Below are positions 27,018 to 39,222 of a DNA stretch of 64,000 bases, one piece after another. Under the pieces are notes generated by a model. The model was not told the origin of the DNA, did not search any database, and saw only the letters and a list, made by a program, of their open reading frames with translations. The stretch lies in assembly GCA_040954595.2 (NCBI GenBank), contig CM082596.2, positions 591,468 to 655,467 of the forward strand, given 5' to 3'. Both the position numbers and the translations under genes were made by a program. Source of the DNA: Balanoglossus misakiensis (taxonomy: Eukaryota > Animalia > Hemichordata). Each line of letters starts with the position of its first letter. Position 1 is the stretch's first letter.

Positions 27018-27981
27018 TGCTCGCCATGGGTGAACCTTCTGTCATCCAGCGATACAATCTTACCAAACTGTCAATATTACTACAAACACTACACAGTCTG
27101 TGTTATATCTTTGAGGGTTACTGACTCTCAGTTCCGTCCAGTGCCAGAATGTCTCAGTTTCTACCTCATGTTGAGCACGTCAAAAGGGAACGTCTCAGAT
27201 CTCAGAACGTCTTGAGCTTACGTGACAATCTGAGACATTCCCTTATGCTCTACAGGGGTGGGATTTGAAATACTTGTAAATACCTGTACAGTTGTCCACA
27301 TATGACACTTTTACACAAATATGTTATGTATTGTAAGTCTCGTATTTAATCTTATTTAGGCTATGCCAGTTACACTTTACTTAAACCAATCACTAAACCT
27401 TTGGCTTATACATTTGTACATTAACAAAATCACCTTCTCAAGGCGAGAAATGTGCAAACTATTATGATTTAACATCAATTTACTTATCATTAACAGTTAT
27501 CATGAAAATGTTTTTCAAACAAGGACTGACCTTAAGAAATATATTCCTCCACCAATTATTCACTGGATTAACATATTTAACTGTAAAAAACCTTGCTATG
27601 AAATATTTCCCTGAATAACCATTTGATCGTCATGCTGCTCTGTATACCAACAAATTCTTTTTCTTGTATACCACCCATTGTTGCTTATGGAAACAATTCA
27701 TCAGGAAAGTGTCCTCTAATGAAAGACAAATGTGATGCTACGGGTTCATTTTCTCACAAAAATTTATAAAAAAAGTACTTAATTTCAATTTACACCAGTT
27801 GATAATGGAAAACAATTCAAAGTGCTGGCCACACCCCTAAATACTGGCTTCAAGCACAGTCCGACTTCCCCTTTTATTTAAAATGCAAAAAGAGTAGAAA
27901 TAATAAGAATTTGATGTAAATATAATGAGAAAAGTTCAGTCATCAGACAACCACAGAGTTCCTTGACCCTTTGACTCAAAT

Positions 27982-30900
27982 CTATGTTTCATCCGTTGAA
28001 TGGGACGATTGAAATACTGTATTCTGCATTGTACTTTGCATACCTGTGACAGTTCTAAGATACCTCTCATAATCCATTCCCATGTAAAGCTGTGGATGTT
28101 TGTCGATGGTGAAGAGTAAATTGACTGAGGCTTTATACTGGTCTGTGTTTGCACCTACGGACTGGTACAGCAACTGCAGACCGTTGCTACGAGCTGCTTC
28201 TAACACTGCAAAGGCATCCGCCTCTCCCATAGTGATGATTCTATCTGATATAGCAGTAGCGTTTTCATTTATCTCTCGCACTGTGAAAAGAGAAGAGAAC
28301 CATAAGATACAATACGATATGATACTACAATGTATTTATATATTGCCTGGTATCTCACAAAAATAGTTCTTAAGTTTAGACTTAAACACTTGAGAACATC
28401 ATGCTAAACGAATGTTTTTACACGTGTCAAATTACAGTATTAAATATACTTTTTACAAATCAAGTTGTTATGAAATATATTCTGAGCACCCATACCTTCA
28501 TTGAGTGTCTTTTCCTTCATGGCTTCAGTTTCTTTCAGAGTGAGTGCAGATTCCTGATTGAAAAGTTCTGTCTCAGCAGTAATGATCAGCATTTGTTGTG
28601 TCATGAATCTGTTCATAAGTGAATCATTCAACTCAATCCGTCCAAGCTGGAAATATCGCACATCAATGTGGTAACCTCTGTTGCAGTCAGTAGCATTGCT
28701 GCAGGGCACACAATCATCTAACTCAGCTGGGCATTCTGTTGGACAGCAGTTACCTGTGGTGACAACCAATTATTAGAACTCTACCCCAAAGTTGGTTAAC
28801 GGCCTAACCACATTTCACACAGTATGACCATAATCATCACTAACACAAGGCTGGTGGTTAGTTGTTCAAACGCTGCACGACTAACCAACTAGAAATGCCA
28901 TTTGTAATTTCATCTATGGTGATCCCAAATACCAAATCTTACCACCAAGTTTTTGTCTGACAGCTCTGTGAAGACCTTGTTCGGTTTTCTCTCTTTCTTG
29001 AATAAATTCATTGATTGAAAACTGACTGCCTGCATTCTTCACTTCTGCATAGGCGATTTTCTCAATCACTGGTTCAAAGTCAGCATCGTACTTTTCAAAG
29101 AGAAGGCCAAGTTCATCACCCCTGAGTGAAAGAAAACAATTCCAATGTTATCTTTTACCTGGGCATTGCAGGAATGGTTTTAAAATTCCAGAAATGATTG
29201 TTCAGAAATGTCCAAAACGTTTGTCAGTTCAGAGTAACAGGTTCCACTGTAATTCATTCTTAACATCGAACACAGATCACAAGGGAGAGTTTTTTTTTAG
29301 TATTCTTCAAACTTACTTTAGGAAATACTGAAATGTACAGTTCATCGTAAATTCCAGTTTTTCAGCTGAAAATACCCGCAAATCGTTCAGAGACACCATA
29401 TAAGCAATTCGATGAAACTCTCTGAATTTAAAATCCGGACCGATGCCGTGTCTTCCTGATGTGTACGTCTTGCCTTCATCCACCTCTCCCGTTGATTTCT
29501 GCTCCTTCAATCCAAACTGCAATTGAACCAAAACATTGTCATATAGGGACTCATCACAGCAATCTTGTGGCATTAACAGAATAATCTCAGACACTTTGCC
29601 AAAAAGAAATATCAAAACCATACACACACTTACCCTGTAGTATTCCAGATACTTGAATGTCATTGGTACAAGAATCAAAATCAATAAGAACCCAATGATG
29701 ATGACAAGCCCAAAGATGACAAAAATCACATTACAGATGTCAACTCTCTTTGCTTTCGGTTCCACATCTTCCAACTCCTCTGATGGTCTACTTGTTTTCT
29801 CAAATCTCACATCAGGAACATCAGAATATACAGCTTCTCTTCCATCATGATGATCTTCTAAATCTACATTCCTCAGAGTTACCAACGACGTCTCAGCATA
29901 TTCATTGCCATCTCCAAATGTAGTCACTGAACAAGAAGCTCCATCACCCGTATCTGGTGAGAATGTTTGCATTTCCAACGTCGGCACTGTCAGTTCCAGG
30001 AATGGTCGGTCCGATTTCTGGGATGAGCCAGTTGAGAGCGCATCCTCATATGCAGGTGGGGGTGGCACTTTCCAGTTTTCCACAATCTCTCCCTCCTCTG
30101 CAGATATGGGCCTTCTTCTCCAAGGATGCCTAGGGGTTTCTGACCCCTCAGATGACATGGATGGCTGAGTGTCCAGGGAGAACTCACTCCCAAGACCATC
30201 TGAATACTACAAGCAGAGAAATGAATCCTGTTTGTACTTTTGAACAGATGAAAGTCAGACTTCAAATACACAAGTGTTTGCATAACAGTACAACATGGAA
30301 AGTTATTGAATGCCAAAAAGTTACAGCAATGGGTGAATAATAACATGGTGTTATTTACCTCAGGCATATCATAGACATCATCATCATCATCATCATCATT
30401 TGGTCTTGGTGGTACGGGCGGTGGTGGTACTGTAGGCAAAACTGGTGGTTCTCTCTCTCTGTTACGATCCCCTACAAGATACAAACCCACATGAATGTGA
30501 ACATTGATCACCAATTTATATTCCCTCAGTGGTAGAAATACAAAGTGGTGAAGGGAGACAGGCAAGCAATGTTTTTGCTGTGATGAGCAGAGCCATTGAA
30601 GTCAATGCAATGAGTAGCAACAAAACAGAGATGGGGAACATTTGAAGGCCAAGATAAGATTTGGAAGATTGTTTCTGTTCATATTTGAAGTTTTAATTAA
30701 ATATATTAATATTAATTAAATTCACTTCATCAAAATACAACCACAGAACCTCCAGAACAAAATTTCAGCGTGCAGAAACCATGTACACCATGCATGCGTC
30801 CATCAAAACATTACACAAATCACCATATCTAACCCCTGTGTCCAAAAGAACTCCACCAAGTGACCACATTCCATTCCACAGACAGGGTACACGAAACAAT

Positions 30901-32102
30901 TCACCTACCTTTACTGTTCTCTATGAATTGTTTAGGCAATGGAGGAGTGGATGGATGTGGAGTGACTGAATTCCTCGGGGAATGAGCCCTCCCTTGGCAA
31001 TATAAAGAAATTCAATATGTAAAGAAGGAACTGTGGATTCTATGTTAAATGGGATTGCCATTTTGCAAAAGTGTTTAGAGAAAGTGCAATTATTTATACA
31101 CTAAGCAAGTAAAATCTGCAGAATTGTGTGGCAATCTACGTACTGTCATGAGGAGTTGTGTAACATTTGACAATGTAGCTCTGCATACCTGATGTTTAAC
31201 ACAGCAGCAGAAAAGTTGAGGGAACTAGAGTGGAAATGAGATGTGCCTACCTCTGAGTCTATCGACATAATATCGAGGTAAAGATGGAATGGGAGGTACT
31301 ACATCATCCAGTTCTGATTGAAGATCAGAAGTGTTGTCATTGTCGTCTGATTTGCATTAACAGTGAAAGAAGGAAAAGTGATGACAATGAGAATCGCAGA
31401 TGAAGCTGATGTGCGGTGAAAACGGCATTTAGACAACTTTTGATTTGACATCTTGCGGCATAATTCCTTTACGCAAAATAAAATTAAAGTATGACAAACT
31501 TGCCAGCTTTATCAGCAAAGCGATATTATTATGACAAAGATAATGCTTGGTTTCTTAGTATGTACATAGTATTAGTAACATTTTAAACTTGCATATACAT
31601 GATATACGGTAAATGTAGAAACAAGGAAATGGAAAAGGCTCACTGTAGCCTGCCAAACACATTTTCCACCCCTTTCATAGAACCACATGTTAAAATCCTC
31701 TTTCTCCCAGTCTGTCATGGATTTCCCACGGGAAGCTACCAATGGTTTGCCACACTTAACTACCAAGTCTGGATTTGTTGCAATCTGTCATGGATTTCCC
31801 ACGGGAAGCTACCATGGGTTTGCCACACTTAACTACCAAGTCTGGATTTGTTGCAATCTGTCATGGATTTCCCACGGGAAGCTAGTGACCATGAAACAAA
31901 GTCACACAGAGAATGCATCATACTCACTTGTTGGATCATCAGGGATTTGTTCATATTGCGGACTCAGTGGTCTCTCTGGATTCAGAATTTCTTCAATGTG
32001 AGATTCATTTTCAACTGCCAGGGGTTTTCTGCGACTATCCCTGTATACTCGCTCGGTTCCATCATCTTGATCCATGCCTGCTTTCGGCCAATTTGATGCC
32101 AT
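27982..32102 (-). CDS. Single-pass membrane SPFH/Band 7-like protein, about 658 aa, 9 coding exons
   Basis: Exons 32102-31928, 31346-31251, 30992-30909, 30471-30359, 30206-29634, 29516-29317, 29121-28943, 28753-28496 and 28280-27982 are all phase-compatible. TM segment VIFVIFGLVIIIGFLLILILVPM, then SPFH-like sequence (YTSGRHGIGPDFKFREF, FQYFL, IDVRYFQLGRIEL) and a coiled-coil-like tail. Confidence 0.75.
31711..31884. repeat. 73-bp near-identical tandem repeat, about 2.4 copies, intronic
   Basis: Units start at 31711, 31784 and 31857 (tctgtcatggatttcccacgggaagctacc...). Confidence 0.95.
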
Positions 32103-32799
32103 TGTTGGTGACCTGTAGTGTAAGCAGGGCTACTACTATTAATACTTGGCAGGACAATTTAGTGGGGGACAGGGGCGTGGCATGTACATATTGTAGTGGA
32201 ACAGATGACTGACAGCCGAAGTTGGTTGCCCAGGGCGACGGCGAGCCAGAACCTGGGAGGGCAGAGCATTGGGACCTGACTGACAGGGGCGGCACCAACC
32301 AACGAGGCCGGCTGCAGCGTGGGCGGAACTGGGGACCAAGCTGTCTCGACGGGCTGAGAGCTGATCAGACTGAACTGAAACCGAACCCAAGGTAACAGGT
32401 TAGTGATATCCGTGTATTAGAGATAACCTTTCACTGAGAGTTTTCGCTGAAAGATCATCTGCTTTCAGTCTCACATTTGCTTAGAGCTAAGATAGTAGTG
32501 AAGTTAGTGAAGTCAGTCATCAGTCGCCCGTGTAGGTACTACTAGTATACACATGCTCAGCTGTTTGGGGGGGGGGGGGAACATGGGCGTGGCATGTACA
32601 TATCAACAAGCTACATTAGCTACGGCGGTACGGTAACACTCTCTCTCTATGGAGATTTTGAGTGGTACATTGAAAGAGAAATCGTCGAAAATTGAAACTC
32701 CACCAATTATCAGAGCAATTGAAGAAGAAGAAAAGAATCCTACCCTATCCAATTACGAAAATAAACATCCTACATGATGAACTCCGTGTGTTTACACTG

Positions 32800-33120
32800 T
32801 ACCGGAAATGCCCGCCATCTTAGTCCTTCTTTCTGAGGGCAACGGAAGAAGCAGAGGACTGTGGGTAACCGAGACTACCCCCACTCATGGAAAATTACCA
32901 AGAGAATTTGCCGCTGTGGAGGTTAAAAAGTTGCAAGGCAGATACTTTAGCTATTTTGTAGAAAAACACACCATCGAATTGAAAGAAATAATGTGTTAGC
33001 AATACTCGTATTGATACTTTCAGGAAAGTTAAAGGGTATTAAAAATGGCGCCGCACACAGGGTATTAAAAATGGCGCCGCGCCGCACACTGCGTTCTGGC
33101 AAACAGCGCCCTCTAACATT
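32800..33120. promoter_or_regulatory. Probable promoter of the SPFH gene with YY1-type motifs and a 26-bp tandem duplication
   Basis: CCGCCATCTT at about 32812; agggtattaaaaatggcgccgc occurs twice (about 33033 and 33059). Confidence 0.5.
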
Positions 33121-34061
33121 CCATTTTATTGCTTTTGTTTTTATTGGCTTTTCTGGGCAAGCTCACAGGAGCATAGAACTACGTGTATTTCCATGTTTCT
33201 TAATGCCAGGCCATAATTTATTGGACTCCCACGTTTCGGTCGTTTCTATACTTGGCAAAATTGCTAATTTATTTATAATCTGTCCTTTAAGTTTGTTTAT
33301 TTGCTTTAAAGTCACCCAAAAAGCTACTTTTTGAGTATATTTTTATCGATTAAATACTCCAATCTTATCCTTTACTTAGTTGACAGATGAAGCAATTTTG
33401 AATTTGTAATTTTAATATTTATTGGACATACCATGATAGTTGTGTACTCTTGCAATAAGAGGCTGAATAAACTGGTGTGACACAGCTATATTATTATATA
33501 CATATATTTAAAGAACATAGGCCTAATTCATAACTATAACCAAAGAGGTACAATTTTTTTCATTTATTTGCAATATATCTTACAAATGTTCAACAACATT
33601 ACATGCGATTACGTAAGTCTAAAAAAAGAACTTGACCTTTAATTCAACTTCAGGAGCAGAACAAGACCACACTCAGTACACAAAATGAAATCTCTGGGGG
33701 AAATCCCCCACCCCAGTCATACAGCAATGAGCAATGTCAACAAAAGCTGTCTTCTCGACTACGCCATATCGGACGATGGACAGCTTGTTGCTGGTTCTTT
33801 AAATTTCAAAACTAAATTATCAGGGTCGGAGATGGCGATTATCAGCAGATCGTTCATTGTTGAAAATGTGAAAATAAAGTTCCAGATATGCCTGATCACA
33901 TTATCAGGCACTAGTCATAGTGTACTTTAGCTGTTGTGTGACACATTTTATCAAATCACGATACAGCAGTAATATGCACAGTGCTAATAGATTTTCAGCA
34001 TGTAAACTATTTAAGTATAATAATAATAAAAAACTATTAAAGTAAAACTATACACTGGTTA

Positions 34062-37000
34062 TCAATTCACAACTCCTGAAATGAGGTCCTCGGAATAACT
34101 TTGCAGAGGAACAGCAAATTTTACATAGCAATGTTGATCGTAAGAGACGTATGTCCAGGCTGAACAGTCTGTGGTTTCTTGACAGAGTTTACAACAGTCC
34201 TGCGCAGAATCCAAAGTAATCGGTGATTGTGGAAGATCGGAGCCCCGTCGATCGGTGTCATATTCCAAACTGCATCCCAGAGGTTCTGAAAGCAAAAGTA
34301 AGTGCATTGTATTTACTTTGAAAACCTCCGAAAATGTTCTCATCTGAGAGGATTTTACCCCGTTTTAAGACGAAGAAAAGAAGAAAACGCTAAGATACGC
34401 CATTTATCGATACTAGTCCATAATGTAGGTCAGAATGACTGTATACGTTTAATTTCCTCGTATACTGTAAAACACTTTATTTTCGCGAGCAATAATTTTT
34501 CGCGATATACTCAAGAGCCAAAAAGTCGCGTAAATTTTTTTGAAGATATAATGATGCAGTGAATGAAATAAGAGAACGCAAAAATGAATACTCGCGAAAC
34601 AGTGGCCTCTCTTGATATCGTGAAAATTTCAACTCGCGAAAATAAAGTGTTTTACAGTAGTACATGCTTGCCATCGATTCATGTTTATTAGATTAGACTC
34701 AAAACCAAGGCTTAGATAGGCACATCATTGCTTGCTGTTAGAGTTAGACTTGTAAGCGTGACGGTGTTTCTTTGTCAGACTGAAAACATATTGAACAGTG
34801 TTACATTATCACCTGTCAATTGTCACTATACCAGTAAATTACATTTCCTTAATCGACTTTCAGTCTTTCAAATCTGCAAGACGTTAATATTATTGCCAAA
34901 GGACTCAAATTCCCCAAGGCCATAAGCTAAGCAAATACATTTACATCACAGATATCAAAATTTCCATTAAAACTGGTCAAGGTTTTTCATTTCTGACACT
35001 CCGGTTTATTAAAGGAGACTTATTCTGGTTTACCCATCGACGAATTTGGCAGTTACATGTATACTGTTTTTTATGCCACTCGCATATCTAATTTCAGTTG
35101 TTATGAACAGTTCAGAACAGTTCATGCATTACTGAAAGTAATAACATCCCGCTGGTGTTGGAAAGTTTTGTCTACAAATGTGTTATTTACCTGTGGTCTG
35201 TAGAATTGTTGTTGAAGTCTTTGTGACGTGGCTGTGGTCTTCTGGTGTGGTCATTGAGGACGGATCCGAATCGACATCTTCATTGGTTTCTGTGGTCAGA
35301 GGAGTTCCAGTCTCCTCCAGTGGTGTGATGAGAGTTGTCTGATCAGGCGTCTCAATGTGGTCGCTTGTAGATATAGTGACAGTTGAGTCTGCAATTGGAG
35401 GTCAGAGTAAAAGATACAGAGACGACGTCAGCAATAAAAACAAAAGAATTTTAGTATTCTATAGTGGAAAAATGAGTCCATGTGCTCAGGGAATCAGGAC
35501 ATTGACCACCTATATCCATTCCCCAATTAACAACCAGTGTTAGGGTTTAAGCGTGATAGGTTGGCAGATCTATAAACTGTCCCAGAGCTTTGCATAGCGC
35601 AAAAGCTGTTTTCATGACACGAAATTGATAGCAAGTCTGATTTATTTATCACCTGTCATCATGTATGATAGATCTAATTACTTGAATTTCATTGCAGTGT
35701 ATCAGCAAATTGCCAAGAGTAAATGCATGCAGTTATCATCTAAGGTGTTACCATGACAATAACGCTTTAATACTTCCCCAAAGACGAGAGTTTTTATGGT
35801 GTCTAAAACGCAACAAAGAGCGCATCTTTCTCATTTTGGGGATTGAATGCGGCTGTCAGTGAATTACTTGCCCATTACCACAGCATGGCGTTTCCCCACA
35901 TTTCCGTAAAGGACAACCTCTCTTTGACGCAGAGTGGGCAATTACAAGCAAAGATGGATTCCTGGTTTTCAATAACGTGTCTGTTTTCTCAATACCTGAA
36001 CGAGACTGGGAAAAACACAGGACCATAAACATGTATTAAATACTATACTAATACCTTGTGCATCCAGAGACATTTCTCCCTCGTTTTGTATCCGAAACCA
36101 ATAGGAGTCAAGTTCTGTTGCCATCTCCATGTCACGATTGCTGCTGCCTGACTCTGTTGCCACCGATGAATTGCCATAAAAATATCCATTTCCATCATTT
36201 CTTTCTGGCACACTTCGAGTTGGCTGATCTGTAAAAAAACATCAACATAGAAATGTACTAGAATGTACATTGCATTGTGGTCTGTCTCAAAGGTGAACAC
36301 TATGCATAAAAAGGAGATTCATTTCTGAAATCACCTCTATTGGGAAAGTGGAGTCCAACACAGTCACTAATATCTTCCAAATTGGATATAAAATCAATAT
36401 TGAAGCGCAACAATGCAGATAATGCACTTCTTAATCATATAATTGATTGTATTATCGCGTAGAGTGATAACTAATTCTCCAGAGGGGAGTTCTCTGCTGG
36501 AGGTTTCCTTTGTTGGTTTTTAATACTTCCCTTGACTTTCTGATCATCCTTTTACTGTCGTGTAAGTGTTATAATAGATGGTGGTTGTAAATTCATGTCA
36601 ACATGCTGTTTTATGTGCGTTGCTTGTTTTTTTATTGCTTGGTGACTACTGCAAGAACTTGTAAACGTTCCTTTTCACATGCTGGTGATTTCATGAACAA
36701 CTATCTCACCTTGAATGACGGGGTCACACGTAGGCCTACGACTTCTACCATGGCAGTGATCTTCAAACACAACCTACAATCATATACATGTAATGTAAGA
36801 ATGAAAATATAGGAATATACCCCACTGAACGTTTTACACAAATAGTTGACTCGTTTGTCATGGTTTTGCTTTCCATCCAATACTCCCTGTTTATAAAAAA
36901 AAACTTCTCCCAAGAAGCAATTTGTTTTCTAATGAGGATTAATAAGTGTATGCGTTTTCTCACTCCGGAAAACCACTTTCCCTTACTTTAAATTGAGGTT

Positions 37001-38451
37001 TTAGAGAGTCTAATTTGCTACCAAGTGAATGATTTGTGTGTGATGTCACATCCGGGTCTTTGACTCAGATTGTGTAGACAGCCGAGTCGCTTGAATTGCG
37101 TTCAAAGAGTCACTTCCTTCGTTTGGTGCTTGTCTGAGAAACTCGGGAAATAACACGCGCCATGCAGATTTGCCACAACAATGTCTAAACCTCAGAATAA
37201 TATCCATGCAGGCTTAAAACGTACAGGTTGTTCAACCTGTCTTTTTGGATCATGGTAATGATAATGGTGATATAACATCATCAACTACATTAGTGGCAAA
37301 TTTACGAGACAGGTGAATACGTTCATAATCTGTGTGTTTGGTGGTTAATATAGCATCCATTTTAGTCTCTTTGATTAAAAAAATTGATTGACACGCCAGA
37401 TGTTTATGAAAGTTTGCCATCACCTAATGCATGTACAACAAGTTGATTTACGACATGATAAACATGTATATAGCTTGTGTTGCTTTTGTGTGAAACAACT
37501 ACATTTTCGGTGAGTTAATTAAAAGGAAAACTGTAAATGCAATGTGGAAACTTGATGCTTTTCACAATCACCAAAAACCTTAATCACAGGAATAAATAAT
37601 TGTAACGTTCTAAGCGTCGGAGTTGCATACGTTTTTGTAAAAATGCTATTATGATCCCAGAGGATTTATTTTGATGATCTCTTGCGGAAATACTCGCAAG
37701 GTTAATAGAATCTGTCAGTTACTAGAAGATTCACGTCACAGAGATTTGAATATCGTTTGAAACTCCTTTGGCAGTATTGTTAACCATTTTAGAAATGATT
37801 GCTATGTGTAGCTACTGCGTTTTCTTGTTTGAATCCCTGAAACGTGATAAAATGACCAGTATGGAGCTTATCCGCACATTCTATAAGTTTAGATTCAATC
37901 AGTACTGTTATTATGGGAAACTGACATTGTAGAAAAATAAAATTAGCGAAACTAATACCATATGTTCGATACAGAGGACAAACGCCATTTATACTATGAT
38001 ACAAGGTGATGCCTGTATCCAGCCTGTGTCACATCTCAGCTCTGGACACTAAAGTGATCCCACCATGATTGGCCATTAAAGACAGAACAAGACAAGATGT
38101 ACTTACCCTCATTGAAACCAAGTGTCCAAACATAACGTCATTATCGCAAAGAGTAAAGAAACTCGTTCCATACTGGTACACCAGTTCACCTACCGAGGTT
38201 TCGCTCAACTCACAGTCATTGCTGAACCTCTTGAAGTTGTAGGAGGAACATCTATCAGACAGGAGGCACATGGAAGTGCATTGTGTAAGGCTGAACACTT
38301 GGCTGGATGAAAACACATGGCCACTTAGTCGGTTGTTTCTCACTCTGTAATAACCCATCTGGACAGGATCCTCTGAATTCAAATCCCGGCAGAAACTCTC
38401 GGCCATTTCCAGCAGGACGGCAATGTTTACCACTAACGCCAGTTTCTTCAT
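34062..38451 (-). CDS. Secreted PAN - linker - Thr-rich stalk - PAN/apple protein, 334 aa
   Basis: Exons 38451-38107, 36773-36710, 36228-36055, 35388-35191 and 34285-34062 splice in phases 0,1,1,1. Signal-like N-terminus; PAN pattern QCTSMCLLSDRCSSYNF..CELS; apple pattern DCCKLCQETTDCSAWTY..CYVK...ISG. Confidence 0.8.
34465..34657. mobile_element. 193-bp MITE with perfect 25-bp TIRs and TA target duplication
   Basis: CTGTAAAACACTTTATTTTCGCGAG ... CTCGCGAAAATAAAGTGTTTTACAG, with TA on both sides; a TA duplication suggests the Tc1/mariner superfamily. Confidence 0.9.
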
Positions 38452-39222
38452 TATTATTTCGTTGTTACCTCAGATACTGTTAGTAATTTCCACATTTAAC
38501 GGTTGAACCATTCTTGAAGAAGCTTTAAACTGAACGATTTTCCCTCAATACAATTATATTACATAAGTTATTAAATTGCAAATTTTCAGCCAGACTGAAA
38601 AAAGTCATTAAATTGTAAATTTACACGCCAGACTTTTTCGAATGAGAAAATCATTCATTTAAACACACAGATTGTCTACTAATGGCTTATACCATGCCGT
38701 TACCTTCTCGAAGCAAATAATCCTCTCCAAAACATTTACTGGTGCATCTTTAGCTCCAATATCGACATAGTTTTTCACTCGCGGCTCCGATGTTATGACT
38801 GAAACAGAAAGCCTTGTTGTTAATATATTAGATGTGGATACAATTTGCTGTCGTCACGCTATTACTACACGTTATAGGCGATCAAAGGTCACCTTTTCTG
38901 TATTCTGATGAAATGTTCTCAGCCAATGGCTTCGAAGGTAATCCAATTGGATATACTGCAGTTATTATATTTAAAGAGTTTGATGCAGATCTGCATAATT
39001 ACATAATTAAAGAAGCGATTAACGTCAATCTAATTTTACTTAAACGCCACAACTAATTCCATAGAGACACTTAGTCACGAAAGGGGTGACTACACTCAGA
39101 GCTGTCAATATGTAAACAGTTATTTCCCTTAGAATATATGCACATCAATCACGTAGAGGTGGAACTCCTGTGTTATGTTGCTTTACTGTGACCCTCCCCA
39201 TAGCCCTCTTCGCTTTACAAGT

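Noticed and set aside
27148-27240. Inverted repeat gaatgtctcag...ctgagacattc in the caspase 3' region
   Set aside because: Only 11 bp pair well and there is no clear target duplication or recognisable RNA motif.
29517-29633. In-frame 39-codon hydrophobic stretch within ORF 29313-30158 as a second TM segment
   Set aside because: It is bounded by strong GTAAGT and CAG sites and is best read as a 117-nt intron; a single stop-free intron is unremarkable.
31711-31884. Repeat array as a possible CRISPR
   Set aside because: Head-to-tail 73-bp units with no unique spacers, no cas genes and a eukaryotic intron context.
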